From: Histomonas meleagridis 2922-C6/04-290x
Taxonomy: Eukaryota; Protista; Parabasalia
Assembly: GCA_020184695.1 (NCBI GenBank)
Contig: JAANOX010000045.1
Span: forward strand, 62,001-126,000
Direction: 5' to 3'
Length of the DNA stretch: 64,000 bases
Below are positions 18,818 to 31,394 of the stretch, piece by piece. The first letter of the stretch is position 1; each line of letters starts with the position of its first letter. The position numbers and the translations under genes are program-made. The notes under the pieces were generated by a model, which saw only the letters and a program-made list of their open reading frames with translations, was not told the origin of the DNA and searched no databases.

Positions 18818-21154
18818 CTAAAGCAGACTTTTGTTCATTCCATTTCCTTCTTCGTTCACAATTCTTCTGTGTGCTTCGTCAGACTTTATCACCAATTCGA
18901 GGAACACCTTTTCCAAACTTGACGACGAGCACGTGAAGTATTTTATACCGATATTTCTTTCCACTGCGTTTTTCATTAGTTTGAACAACTTATCTATTTT
19001 GATATCATTTGTCGGTATTGAGTATACTCTATTTCTATTTCTAGAAATAGACAATTTCGCAGATGGCAAATTCTCACTAAAGAATCTTTCGACGTTTTCA
19101 TTAATTGTCGAATTTTCTTGATCCAATAAAACGTCGACTTTCCATTCAGTACCGAACTTATTAGACAAATATTGCGGCGTTTCAATTACATATATACAGC
19201 CATGGAACATGATCGAAATTGTATCGCATAAAGATTCGGCTTCTTCAAGTAAATGTGTACATATCATTATCGTCTTTTGTCCACGATAACGATTTAGTAA
19301 GTCATGAACATGATGACGTGCAATTGGATCTAATGAAGAAGTTGGCTCATCCAATAACACAACATTAGAATGTGACATTAAAGCTATAGCTACTGCGACT
19401 TTTCGTGCATTACCACCACTTAATTGTTGCATAGTTTTGTTTCGATGATCTGTAAGTTCAAGTTGTTGTATTAACATATCAGTTTCGATCTTAGCTTCAC
19501 GTGGCGTTAATCCAAATATTTGCGCATAAAAGTTCATTTCTTCAGTAACAGTTGTTAAGTTTGTTAAATGATCATTAAATTGTGGGCAAATAGAAATACG
19601 CGAATGATTCGGACTATTAATATCAATTCCATCGACTTCAATGAATCCATTACTTACTGATATTTCATTTGTTATCATTTTCATTAACGTCGTTTTACCT
19701 GCGCCATTTGTACCTAAGAAGCCAAATATCGAACCATTCCGTATACCAAATGATACATTATTTACTGCTGGTATTACGTTACCATTTGAATTATAAAACA
19801 ATTTACTGACATTACAAACTCGAACTGCATATTCACCTGGTTGTGCATTCAATGCTTGATTTGCTGCATTTATTGCTTCTTCTGTTGTTACTTGTGATTG
19901 TTGTACACGTGAAAAGAAATCTTTATGTTTCATATAATCACTTCTAGTTTTAAGTTGTGGGATTTTAACACGTAAATATTCAATTAAGAATAAGACAAAT
20001 CCATATATTACTATGTTAGCTAATGAAAATGATAATAATATCTTCGAATCTTCATATGAAGTCCATAATTGTTTAAACGTTTGTGTATTATATTGTAATT
20101 CTAATGTAAGTGAATATGTCTTATAAAAATTGGTGATTGGTATTAATGCAAATACATATGATAATATTTTACGTCCATTTTTGTCAGTGACAAATACTTC
20201 AAGCATCAATGATAAGAATAAGAGTAAAATCATAACAAGTGAACCAATGGTACTTGCAACTTCAGGCTTTGTGAACATAAATGAAAGACAATATAATAAT
20301 AATAAAATAGATATACCTGAAACATAAATCGAAAATAACGTAAGGCCAATATTCTCACGGATGGTCTCAGCACCAATTAAATAATAAATAAGCCAAAGAA
20401 CTGTACTAATGATGGCCCATATAATATAATCAAATATGAATGATGAGATCCAATATGACGAGATTTTAACCCCACAAATCACAAGATATGGGCGTTTGGC
20501 TGACTTACAATCATCTGTGGTTATGGTGGATACTACTGAAAATAGACCAAAGTAACCAATGATTAAGTAAAATGGAATCATGGCACCAATAATTTGTATG
20601 ACCATGGACTTGAGTTCAACAAAAGAGACATTAAGTGCTTCCATGCCTAAGGAAAGCCCAATAGTGCGGTAATATTGAATAAATGCTTCATCAGATGAAG
20701 TTGTGGAATCATTGTATAAAAGCGTAACTGGATAATATGTGCTGCTAATGCCTTCTTCAAATGCAAGTCCAAGAATAATATTGGAATTAAAAACGCCCTT
20801 GGAAACATTATATGTGTACGAATTAAACTCTGAAATGGTATCAAAGGAAATACGTTTAGGCCATTTGTTAAGGTCTTTATGGATTAAGTTAGAAAGAGAT
20901 GTTGATAAATTTTGAACAACAGAATTATTAACGAGATTTGGTGGACAAACTATGGCATATGAAGGTTCATCTGTTCTTGTGAATAAGGCAAAAGTATGCG
21001 CACTGTCCATTGAATCAACAGCTTTTAGTACAAAATAAAAAATCATAACAAGAATAATTGCAATAACAGCTGGTAATACGATTTTAAGAATAGATAGCCT
21101 AGAACGCCTTAAAATTAGGAACCGTCTCTTGAAAAGTAGCCAGATATGACCCAT
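18818..21154 (-). CDS. ABC transporter, ABCA-type half transporter
   Basis: N-terminal TM, large exoplasmic loop and further TMs. NBD has Walker A GTNGAGKTT, signature LSGGNARK, Walker B VVLLDEP and H-loop CTH. C-terminal SSSLEKVFL. Confidence 0.92.
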   Translation of the reverse strand: MGHIWLLFKRRFLILRRSRLSILKIVLPAVIAIILVMIFYFVLKAVDSMDSAHTFALFTRTDEPSYAIVCPPNLVNNSVVQNLSTSLSNLIHKDLNKWPKRISFDTISEFNSYTYNVSKGVFNSNIILGLAFEEGISSTYYPVTLLYNDSTTSSDEAFIQYYRTIGLSLGMEALNVSFVELKSMVIQIIGAMIPFYLIIGYFGLFSVVSTITTDDCKSAKRPYLVICGVKISSYWISSFIFDYIIWAIISTVLWLIYYLIGAETIRENIGLTLFSIYVSGISILLLLYCLSFMFTKPEVASTIGSLVMILLLFLSLMLEVFVTDKNGRKILSYVFALIPITNFYKTYSLTLELQYNTQTFKQLWTSYEDSKILLSFSLANIVIYGFVLFLIEYLRVKIPQLKTRSDYMKHKDFFSRVQQSQVTTEEAINAANQALNAQPGEYAVRVCNVSKLFYNSNGNVIPAVNNVSFGIRNGSIFGFLGTNGAGKTTLMKMITNEISVSNGFIEVDGIDINSPNHSRISICPQFNDHLTNLTTVTEEMNFYAQIFGLTPREAKIETDMLIQQLELTDHRNKTMQQLSGGNARKVAVAIALMSHSNVVLLDEPTSSLDPIARHHVHDLLNRYRGQKTIMICTHLLEEAESLCDTISIMFHGCIYVIETPQYLSNKFGTEWKVDVLLDQENSTINENVERFFSENLPSAKLSISRNRNRVYSIPTNDIKIDKLFKLMKNAVERNIGIKYFTCSSSSLEKVFLELVIKSDEAHRRIVNEEGNGMNKSLL

Positions 21155-22421
21155 ATCTCAGTTCCAAAGGTAATAAAATGACAAATTGTTCGGTTTTGAA
21201 AGCGAATCTTTTCAAAAATATCGGTTCATTGAATTTTGTGAAGTACGATCGTATTTTGACAATGATTTATCTTGGTAAAATATAAAAAATGTGTTTTTAT
21301 TAAATTATTATTTTAAAATAATTTAAATTATTTCTATTTAGTCATTTGATTAGAAAGTCATAAGGACTGTGTGTGAGTAGAAAAAACATTTCTTTTTTGT
21401 TTAATTTGATCAGGGATATCCAATTGTTTTTACATCACGCTCGTGAAAGATATGATGACATAAGGTACCAAAATACCACGGATTTTAGTGATAGATGAAT
21501 GCAAAAGCCAGAATAAGAAAGAGTGGTTCTTGAAAAAGATATTCAAAAAATCTTCAAAGATGGGAAATTCGAATATTATGTTTATTACGTCATTGGCGAA
21601 TTGTTTGTTTGCGAAGAAATCTATGTTGCCTTATGTGAAAAAGGTTTTTAAAACCAATTAGTGATTCAATGTTTTCAACAAGTTATAATTTATAAATTGC
21701 ATGTTGTTGCATCAAAACACTATTTTAATAAAATGTAAAACTTAAAATTTTTTGGAGTGGAAATTAAATTCATGAATTAAATAATTTTTTTAGGAATTTT
21801 AAAGATACCATAAAAAATGTGTTCTAAATTGTATTTTTTTGAAATTATCTTTTCCTATTTTGGGTACACATGAGTTCCATTCAGAGAACAAATCTTTGCT
21901 ACATTGGTTACTAATTCTGTTGTTCTTGGTTAATCGCGAGCTACTTTTGACTTAACAAATTTGTGGCTATTGCTAGTTTATTATTACCATTTGGAATTTT
22001 GAACCAATCTCTTAAAATGCATCTCATCTATTTTGTATATCCACTATACAATTGTATGCAATAGTTACAATAGTTTTTCTTATTTCTTTTCAAATCATAA
22101 AATAATAATTAAGAATGATAATTAAAATGACCATTTTATATTGGTGGGTTTAAGAATTTTTTTAATTTCGAATTTAATTTTGTTTATTGGCTGAATTTAC
22201 AAAGCGCTTTGTGAATCTACACTGTGATATAAAAATATGCAATAGGGTTTGTAATTAGTTCAGCTAATAGTTGTATGAAGCTATGATTTTCCAGACATCT
22301 GATTTCATATTTTAACATCCTTACTTTTACAGATTTCCTTCATTCCATTTTATCACTCGTTTTGTGATTATTTTCAGATTCTGAAAAAGTTGTAAAACGA
22401 AAAGTGGCAGGTATTTCTGAG

Positions 22422-23003
22422 ATGGATGACGAAATAACAGTAAAAGTCGTTTTTGTTGGTTCTTCAGGTGCTGGTAAAACATGCATCATATCAAAATATG
22501 TAAATGGTATATTCTTGGCTTCAAATTCATCTACAATTGGAGCAAGTTATTTTTCAAAAACTGTTCAATTTCAAGGTAAAACATATAATATTAACATATG
22601 GGATACTGCTGGTCAAGAATTATATAAGAGCCTTGCCCCAATGTATTACCGCGGTGCAGTTGCTTCTTTTGTAGTTTACGATGCTGCAAATTACCAATCT
22701 TTTATTGAAGCAGAAAGTTGGATCAAAGAACTTCGAACAAATGCTCCTCAAACTTTGATTATTTTGTGCGCAAACAAAATTGATCTGGTTGATGAAAGGA
22801 AAGTTAATTACGATGAAGGTTTCAAATTAGCCAGCGAACAAAAAGCAAAATATGTTGAGACCAGCGCCTTAAGTGGAGCAGGCGTAGAGCAAGCATTCGA
22901 AATTGTTTTTTCATATGTATCAGCTCAACCAAATGTTGTAAGCGAACCAGTGAAACCACTTGTTCCTGCTACAAATACCGAAGAGAAAAAGTGCGAATGC
23001 TAA
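22422..23003 (+). CDS. Rab family small GTPase
   Basis: GSSGAGKT, TIGASY, WDTAGQE, YYRGA, NKID, ETSA motifs and a C-terminal CEC prenylation site. ATG at 22422. Confidence 0.95.
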   Translation: MDDEITVKVVFVGSSGAGKTCIISKYVNGIFLASNSSTIGASYFSKTVQFQGKTYNINIWDTAGQELYKSLAPMYYRGAVASFVVYDAANYQSFIEAESWIKELRTNAPQTLIILCANKIDLVDERKVNYDEGFKLASEQKAKYVETSALSGAGVEQAFEIVFSYVSAQPNVVSEPVKPLVPATNTEEKKCEC

Positions 23004-23687
23004 TATTAGAGATAAGTTCATTTGAATCTTATTTTTCAGAAACAATCACGAAATAAATAAAAAGAAAGAATCTATTTGTTTTATTTTAAAATGTTTGTTG
23101 TGCAATTACTTTAAAAATAGAAATTATCACATCTTATTATTTTACCATTTCATCAGTTCGTCCTTTGTTTGGTTTACAAAAATAATTTTAACAAAATATT
23201 GCATAGGATTTATCAAAAAGTCGAACTAAGCTGATTTTTCTATTGAATTAAAATTTCAAACCGTATTTCAACACAGAAACAAATGAGGTAAATATTTTTT
23301 ATGATTATATCACATTAATAATATTTCACATTATTTTAGAAATCAATAAAATATTTATATAAATTTTATATTTTTATTATTGCTCATTTATTTTTTGAAA
23401 ATGAAAAAATTATAATAAACTTGTTTTAAATCAATTGAAAATTTAATATTTAAAATAATTTTGTGTTATTACAAAAAACATTTTTCAAACCTATAAAAAA
23501 GCTCGAATAAATGAAAAAATCTTTACAAATTGTAAAAGATAAAACTTTAATTTTGAATTCACCTTTATAAAATGTTTATAATGTGATGCCATCTCTTATA
23601 TAAAAATTTATGTTTTTCGATTGTTAAATAAATTTTTTTGTATTTAAATATCTTCTTATTTTTTGGAGAAATCAATATTTTTATTTG

Positions 23688-24950
23688 ATGAATCATAATC
23701 TACATATTCAACGATCTAACTTTTTTGTAGAAGAACGTGCAAACAAGCTCAACGAAGAACTTGCAAACATTGTAAAATTAGTTTCAAATTTAAAGATAGA
23801 AAACGAAACATTAAAAAGAATATATGATCTTTCTATAATTCACTTATTACAAATTCAAGATGATTTGGAAATGAACCGTCAAATATTTAATAAAATGAGA
23901 GTAAAAGTAGATGGAGCTTCTTCACCAAGTGAAAATTTAATTCAACCAAATAATATCATTTCGAATTTAACACAAATGAATGAATTACAAATTTCAAACA
24001 TGCAATATGAAGTTGAACCAAATAATATCAATATTAAACTTAAAGCATCCATTAGAACGAATAATCTTGTTTGCTCAGTGTGCTTTCAAAATACAGGTGA
24101 AAATATTGTATTTAGTAATGGTAAAACAGTATTCATTGTATCAATTAATGATGGTAAAATGATTCAATCATTTAATATACCAAATTCAAATAATATTCAT
24201 GATTACACACCTAGATCAATAAGAGTAAGTCCTGATTCTTTATATATTGCACTTGGAGGACCAGATAATGCTATTATTATTTATTCTATTGAGCAAAATA
24301 AGATAATAGCAAATCTTGAAGCACATCAAAAGCAAATATCTTCTTTGTTATTCTCAAATGATTCAACAATATTATACTCAAGTGGTTATGATGGAATTCT
24401 ATGCGTTTGGGATTTACAACAAATGGCATTAAAACAAATGATTAAACCCCAAAAAGATTCATCAAATGAAATGATTGTTTCACTTTCTAAAGATCCTAAT
24501 GAATATTTCATTGCAACAGGACTTCTAAATGGTTCTGTTGGAATATATGAACCAACTTTTCAACAACCAATGAATAGTTTTCAAGCGCACGATTCTAACC
24601 AATGTTTACTTAATTTATCAATTTCTCCTTTTGATGGAACATTTGCAACTTCGTCGCATGATAAAACAATTAAAATATGGAATCTTCATGGTGTTGCATC
24701 ATGTAGAAGAATTCTTCAAAGTCATACAGATATAATATTAACTATTTGTTTTTCACCACTTCAATCAATTTGCTTTTCTGCTGGTAAAGATGAATCCATT
24801 AAATGTTGGGATTACAAAAAAGGGGAACTTTTATTCACCTTAAAAGGACATAGAAATACTTTATTTGAGATTGCTCATCATCCGTTTCAGAAAATATTTG
24901 CTTCATGTTCAGGCGATGGAATGGTTTGCATATGGGAATATGTTATTTGA
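23688..24950 (+). CDS. WD40-repeat protein with N-terminal coiled coil (Tup1-like architecture)
   Basis: Multiple WD repeats (SSGYDGILCVWD, TSSHDKTIKIWN, SAGKDESIKCWD, SCSGDGMVCIWE). Confidence 0.9.
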   Translation: MNHNLHIQRSNFFVEERANKLNEELANIVKLVSNLKIENETLKRIYDLSIIHLLQIQDDLEMNRQIFNKMRVKVDGASSPSENLIQPNNIISNLTQMNELQISNMQYEVEPNNINIKLKASIRTNNLVCSVCFQNTGENIVFSNGKTVFIVSINDGKMIQSFNIPNSNNIHDYTPRSIRVSPDSLYIALGGPDNAIIIYSIEQNKIIANLEAHQKQISSLLFSNDSTILYSSGYDGILCVWDLQQMALKQMIKPQKDSSNEMIVSLSKDPNEYFIATGLLNGSVGIYEPTFQQPMNSFQAHDSNQCLLNLSISPFDGTFATSSHDKTIKIWNLHGVASCRRILQSHTDIILTICFSPLQSICFSAGKDESIKCWDYKKGELLFTLKGHRNTLFEIAHHPFQKIFASCSGDGMVCIWEYVI

Positions 24951-25300
24951 ATGCAAATAATTAAAATAAACATTGTGGTTTAGTTCAAAAATTTAATTAA
25001 AAAACAAAGCTCATTTGTGATAAAAAAGAAACTTAATGCAAATATTATTTAATTTTAATATTTATAAAAGAATTTAACAATGTGTAAAATGTGTATGTGC
25101 ACAAGGTCTTATTTGAAGAAAATTTTAAAATTTAACGGTCAAAAATAGGCTATTAAAAGTGACAAATAAAACATATTAAAATAAAAAATAATAAAGAAAA
25201 AACAAATAATCATATATAACCAAGATTTACTTCAAATATATTTTACATGAGTTTTTTAGGTGATTAACAAAAATCAAAAAAATCATGATTTCAAAAAATA

Positions 25301-25999
25301 TCATGATGATGGTGAAAGATCCGAATCCATGTAAACATTACGTTTTTGTGCACTAGAGAAAGAAGAGTCAGAGAGACTGGATGTATCTGAAGAAGAAGTA
25401 CTGTATTGATTAATATGATAACTACTCATTCTTGCTTTTTCTTTGTAACAACAAGCTAGTTTTATTTGTGATATGAGAACTCCTAATAATAAAATACCAA
25501 CAAGAACTGAAATAGTACCGACAATGGATGGGGCAATAGAAGTGAGTAATTTGTCATCGCATGTTGTTGAATTTAATGGGCACTGTATTTCAGTGATAGT
25601 TACATTTGTATGGCCACAACAATTTAAGAATGTTTCAAGTTTTTCTTTTGTTTCATTATAAGTTGAATCTTCCCAAATAAAACCGATCGAATCAGCAATG
25701 TTAGGAATTTGTGAGAAGCAAATAACTGCGAAAAAGATGAAAAAGGCACCCAAAATTAAATCCAAAAATGCAAGGAATCCATTTGTAACACAACTTCTTT
25801 TGCAACCAGCAGTAATTGCAACAATGAGGGCAATACATGAAACGACTATACCAACAATAACAATATAATAAATTATTGGTATTGGTGAATCAATTTTTGC
25901 TAATATGGTAAATGTAACAAAAATTGCAAATATTACAGCTGCGAGACCATTTAAAAAAACTGAAAAGAATATGTTGCATGTAGCTTTGTTGCAACCCAT
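25301..25999 (-). CDS. Tetraspanin
   Basis: Three N-terminal TMs, a large loop with CCG (LNCCGHTN) and further Cys, a fourth TM and a Ser-rich tail. Confidence 0.85.
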   Translation of the reverse strand: MGCNKATCNIFFSVFLNGLAAVIFAIFVTFTILAKIDSPIPIIYYIVIVGIVVSCIALIVAITAGCKRSCVTNGFLAFLDLILGAFFIFFAVICFSQIPNIADSIGFIWEDSTYNETKEKLETFLNCCGHTNVTITEIQCPLNSTTCDDKLLTSIAPSIVGTISVLVGILLLGVLISQIKLACCYKEKARMSSYHINQYSTSSSDTSSLSDSSFSSAQKRNVYMDSDLSPSS

Positions 26000-26561
26000 T
26001 TTTTTTTAATTTTTCAGCAGGTTTTTGAATGACAGGTTGTAAACATCACAAACTATAGAAAAAGTCATATTCATATGACTGTGTTTTTCCGTTAAAAACC
26101 GTCAATTTAAAACACACAATTTTAACATTCGCCGGCCGGTGTAAAAAAGTGACTTTGACTTTGCACAAAACACGAACTCCTTCGAACTGTAACGCATTAC
26201 CAAATGAATTAATAGTTTAAACTACATTATCCAACAAAATGCAAAGAAAAAGCCAATATTTTTTGTCAAAACTTCAATCGATCAAGAAAAAAAAACATTT
26301 TTTTTTCAGAAATAACAAATATGATATTACACGCGGTAATTAGGCTTTCTTCAAAAAATTTTCTGGGAAATCCAATTCCAAGTTAGAGAGAAAATTAACC
26401 ACTTTTTTTGCCAAAATAATTTACAACAAATTGAATGCTTTCCCTCATTAACCGCTGCCACGGATTTGAATGAATTACGCGTAATAATATTTTCGGTTTT
26501 TCACAAGTATTGAGAAGTTTTTGAGCTCAGTGAAAAGTGGCGAAGTTGACCACAGAAATCT

Positions 26562-27425
26562 TTACTCAATCCTAAAAATACCAGCAGCATATGAAACAGA
26601 TGTATCATACTTAGATCTTACGACAGATGATTGCGAGTAATGCGGCCAACTTACATTGTATTTGCTTTTGATTGTCATCATAGCAATTTTTATTGGAACT
26701 TCGCCACATATAGTATCACCAGTATCTTTTATAAATTTAGCAAAAGCATTTACATCACAAGAAGAAATTGCTTTCATTCCTTCTTTGTCTAGTCTTTCAA
26801 TATTCTCATTAATAGAAACATTTCGATCAAGCAAATAAGTATAATCAAAGTCACTTCCCCAATGACAAAAGTCAGATGAAACAACTAAAAGAGTATCTGG
26901 TTGATTCACAATTGGTGCTAAAGCTTCTGCAACATTTTGGATCGCTTCAGGAGAAATATCACCGATCATAATTGGGATAATAGAAAACTGTTTGTTCTTA
27001 AAAATGTATTTGAGTAAAGGACATTCCATCTCAAGGGAGTGTTCCTTTTCGGCAGTCGCCCTGTCCAACTTTTTGAATAAATTCCCGTTAGACGATAACA
27101 ATTTTTCAATGGTATCGGTGTCAAATGGAATGTTGCCAAGTGGTGTTTCAATGCTTTTTGCATCTGCAATTGTACAATGGTTAATATAAATGTAATGAGA
27201 TGGACCAAGGATAACCACACGGTTAAACAATGATGTGTCAACAGCTTTAAATGCATGAGCTGCCGTGGATACCGAATAAACATATCCTGCATGTGGTGAA
27301 ACAATAGCTTTTGTTGTTCCCTTCGCATTTGGGTCAACGGAGGCCTCGGAAAATGCCTTATCAAGCATGGAAATCAATTGGCGGCCGACGGGGTACCATG
27401 AGTTTTGGTGTGTTGCTCTTTGCAT
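26562..27425 (-). CDS. MEMO1: MEMO1 family protein
   Basis: HxxSWY, IVSPHAGYVYS, LGPSH, EHSLEM, SSDFCHWG, TICG and VSYAAG motifs. Confidence 0.93.
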   Translation of the reverse strand: MQRATHQNSWYPVGRQLISMLDKAFSEASVDPNAKGTTKAIVSPHAGYVYSVSTAAHAFKAVDTSLFNRVVILGPSHYIYINHCTIADAKSIETPLGNIPFDTDTIEKLLSSNGNLFKKLDRATAEKEHSLEMECPLLKYIFKNKQFSIIPIMIGDISPEAIQNVAEALAPIVNQPDTLLVVSSDFCHWGSDFDYTYLLDRNVSINENIERLDKEGMKAISSCDVNAFAKFIKDTGDTICGEVPIKIAMMTIKSKYNVSWPHYSQSSVVRSKYDTSVSYAAGIFRIE

Positions 27426-27482
27426 TGAGCTATTTTGACTACTTTACATCGTAAATTTTACCAAAGTTTACACAAAAGTGCT

Positions 27483-28919
27483 CTAACTTTCTGTTGATGA
27501 ATCAGAAGAAGAATCTGATGAGGAAATATTCTCTTTTATCTGTTCGCTGTTGCTTTCTTCGTTCTTATTTTCAACATTGATTTGAATTTTTGGTTCTTCT
27601 TCTTTTTCTTCAACTTTGATATTTTCTGATTCAATTGGATCATTAACCCTAAATTTTTGAACAGATGTTTCGAAAACTGATGCATATTCGTCACTTGTGA
27701 ATACCCTTGGCGCCTTATTTGGAATAACAGTCTTTGATCTGGGACTAATAGCTTTATTTCTTTTTTTCTTTTTCTCTTTTGTGCTTTCTGCAGGCGGCTT
27801 TAGTTTTGGCAACAGTGGATCAATGCCGAAGTTTGTATCCTTTGCGATATGTTGGAAAGACTTAGCGTACGACACATTATTGTTACTATTTGAGGACATT
27901 TTTCTTGTGTTTTTTGTGTCCTTTTGTTGTAACATTTGCCAATGCATTTCGAGAAGTTCTTTTTCTCTTTTTAACTCATTTATTAATATTTCTTTTCGTT
28001 CTTTTATACTGTTTTCAAGAAGCAACTCTTCGTTTTTATGCTTTTGTTCAAGTTGCGTTTTCGCTTGTAAATAATCATTGTCCATTTGGTTTTGTTGTTG
28101 TTTAGTTTCTTGTGATTGAAGCGCATTTATTTGTTGATTAACTTCTTCGGCTTTAGTATAATCGCCAGTAATAATTAAACTTCGTTCAATGTATTTAAGT
28201 TGCAGTAATTTCGTTGAGGACTTACGGTACTTCTCTGGATACTTCTCGCTCCATACGTATTGGAAATTTTCGTTTTCTTTTTCGTGTTGTCGCTTAAGTT
28301 TTTCGCGCGATTTTTCAGCCTTTTCATCAAATTCGGATATGCGGTAATTATGGTCTTCTGCTCTGTGTATTAGTGCGATTGTAAAAACAAGAATTGTATT
28401 CGATAACAATCCTTGTTAAGAAACATACTGTTCATCTTGCCGTTGTTTAGCTCTTTTGAATTGGGTTTCTTTATTGTCGTCGGTGATTTTTTGCTTCCGA
28501 TTTTGCTCATTGAGTTTGACACATAGAATTAATTGATTCGTAAGTTCACATTTTTTGAATTTACGCTTGGCAGCACATGACTGAAGATATTCTCGAAGAT
28601 GAGCAGAAAAAAGATGAAGCTCTTTTTCTGATAAATCAGTAAGTGCTTCATTAACTTTTTTCCGCTTTGATGACATAAGGGATTTTCGAAGATCAACAAA
28701 TTTTTTATTCTTAGATGTTGATATAAATATTGGTTTCACAGATTTTACATTTCTTGGTGATTCAGATTTAACGTTCCGTTGGGAATTTAAATTCGAATGC
28801 TGTGGGGTTTGCGATACACTTTGTGTTTGGCTCAAACTTGATTGATGAGGAAAGATGCTTCTTGCTCTTCTTTTTATTATAATTGTTCTAGTTGTTCTCA
28901 TCAATGAACATTTTTTCAC
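27483..28919 (-). CDS. Two-exon coiled-coil protein, 456 aa after splicing (exons 28919-28429 and 28362-27483)
   Basis: ORFs 28416-28919 and 27483-28409 are in the same frame. Removing the 66-nt intron removes the TAA and gives ...QRQDEQAEDHNYRISEFDEK... Confidence 0.88.
28363..28428 (-). other. Trichomonad-type spliceosomal intron, 66 nt, phase 2
   Basis: 5' GTATGT at 28428-28423, fused branch point/3' splice site ACTAATACACAG at 28374-28363, and an in-frame TAA inside. Confidence 0.92.
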
Positions 28920-29099
28920 AGTGTATGTTAAAAAATTGACCTACATGAAGGTGTTTCTAATGATTATAGCTAAAAGATTCTCCACCCACCCCAAATATTT
29001 GTGGGAATTTGAATATTTCACAAATGTAAAGTAAATCTCTTATTTGATGTTAAACCATTTATATTGAGTCAATAACCACTGGGTAAACCATTCAAGGCT

Positions 29100-29400
29100 A
29101 TAATTTTTGAGTCGATCTTGCATCTAATCAACCAATTTTATGATCATATGCATTCACTTAGACAAAAAGTTTATATTGGATATAAGTATCGTTCTCAAAG
29201 TTGATAACGAATGTTCCAAACAGTACCTTATAAAAGTGAAACTTTGCTTTCTTTAAGCATCTCAGAAATTGATTTTGTTGACATTCTTCAGTATGTTGCA
29301 ATTGCCATTGGTTCTTCAACGTCAATTAAATCTTGATTTTGGATAGAAGGTCGTTCAAGCTGCTTATTATTCACATCTCGTATTAGATCCCTAGAGTACC
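29100..29400 (-). mobile_element. Degenerate Tc1-like transposase N-terminal (HTH) fragment
   Basis: RMSTKSISEML...GTVWNIRYQL*ERYLYPI*TFCLSE is colinear with RMSNEELAN...STVQTFRKKLGFKLIPPIRTFYLTEE of the 30-kb copy. Many stops. Confidence 0.6.
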
Positions 29401-29997
29401 CATTAATTCTATGTATTTTACTATTATTTTTATTTTGACCTATCAGTTCTATTCTGCCACATCACCTTTTTTTTCATTGTATGTGACATTTGAGGTTTGT
29501 TATTCATCATACAATTAAAAGTAAACGGAACTTTTGGAGAAGTCTCACAATGCCGATCGATTTCTTCATAAATTGGTAACAAATCTTTTTTGACATAGCT
29601 GTATGTTAGGTTTGTGTATGATCCTAGCATGATGAAGATAAGTAAATACCTCACATAATACATTTCATAAACAGAACTCAACACTTTCCACTCGAAATTC
29701 TAAAAATATGTTAAACAAGCATTTAAAAAAAATTACAGAATTGAGATAGGGTCCTATTCTCTAAACGGTCGTTCGACACCAAATATAATAGAATAATCTC
29801 GTTATCTCATTATATCAAATTTTAAAAGATATATGATAAAGATTAATAATAACAGCAAATAATATTCTTATGTTATTATAAGACGAAAACTACTCAATGA
29901 TTTCAACTTCCAAACTAACGTAAATTGCTTTAGGTATCAGCATATTAATGGCGAATCGCGAATTAATTCAAATTCGCGACACTTAACTTATCAAAAA

Positions 29998-30913
29998 GTG
30001 ACATTCAATCTACATGTCAAAATTAATATGTTGCTAATTATTCCCAGGCCGTTTACTTTTTTTCATATGAAAAAACATCAGCAAAAGCGATTTATTATAC
30101 TGCAAAATATTCAACAAGGATATTCAAATATGGAAATGAAAAGAAAAACAAGAATAAATATTAAAACAGTTGCAAAGATCATAATGATGATTGACAATGG
30201 TGAAAATATTTGTATAAATTTAGTAAAAATTGGGGCACCAACAAAGCAAACACCAGATTTAGTCGAATATATCAAAACAATGACCGGAAAAAACAGTAGA
30301 ATGTCAAATGAAGAATTGGCCAATATATGCAATTCATCAAATTAATTTCTCAATATTCCAAAATCAACGGTTCAGACATTCAGAAAAAAATTAGGATTCA
30401 AGTTAATACCACCTATTCGTACATTTTATCTTACTGAAGAAAAAAAAATTGCAAGAGTCTTTTTTTGTCGCAAACACCTATTAGAAAAAAAAAATGGGAT
30501 AATATGCTTTTTACGGATGAATCCTATTTATGGCTTGGAGATGATGAATTGATAGATGGATCCGGTCTTATTCCAGACATGAACCAGCCTATGGAGTAGG
30601 AAAATGAATTTTAATGCAGGACGGAGCCACGGCTCACACATCCAAAATAACTATTGATCATATGAAAAATTATGTAAATATTATAGAGAATTGGCCGTCG
30701 ATGTCGCCTGACCTCAACCCTATTGAGAATCTATGGTATATCATTAAGGCGAGAGGATATGAATTAAATCCGCAAACAAAATAGGAACTAATTGAATATA
30801 CCTTTGCTGTATGGAGTTCAATTTCTTAAGAAGTTATAAATCACCTTATTGACTCCATGGAAGAGCGTATGAAGGAAGTAATAAGGAATTTTGGTGGGCC
30901 AACAAGCTTCTGA
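29998..30913 (+). mobile_element. Degenerate Tc1-like DD34E transposase with internal deletion
   Basis: FTDES-like motif near 30517, then QDGATAH...WPSMSPDLNPIENLW with 34 residues between D and E. Stops and frameshifts present. Confidence 0.85.
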
Positions 30914-31394
30914 ATTTTCTGAATAAAAGTGAAACTTCTTTGACCAAATTTTATTCCCAAATGTAAAATATATCCAATTTAAAACGATCGTAATTAAGTC
31001 AATTATTTTTGAATTATTTCTATCGTATGGGAATAATATTTGGCAACACTTTAGCTATCAATTCATTACAATATTATAAGAATAGAGCATTACAAAAAAT
31101 TATAGTATTACCCAACAATTCAGTGATTGATTATGCATCCTTTTTCTGATTTCTTTCAAATGATTATTTTTGTGAAATCGAAAAATCACAAAAAAGTGAT
31201 TTTTCATATCGAATTAATTTATATTATCACAATACTTCAGTATTCCATTTATTTGTTAATAATGATTTTTCCTTACGCATTATGTTTTTGGATGAAAAAT
31301 ATTATGAATATAGTTGGACACAAAAAAACAACTTTGTTAAGTTTAATATTAAACTTCCCAGAAAATAAAGTTTTTGAAATTAAAAAATTACATA

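Noticed and set aside
21400-21660. Coding-like fragment (ILVIDECK) between ABCA and Rab
   Set aside because: Too short and broken to assign.
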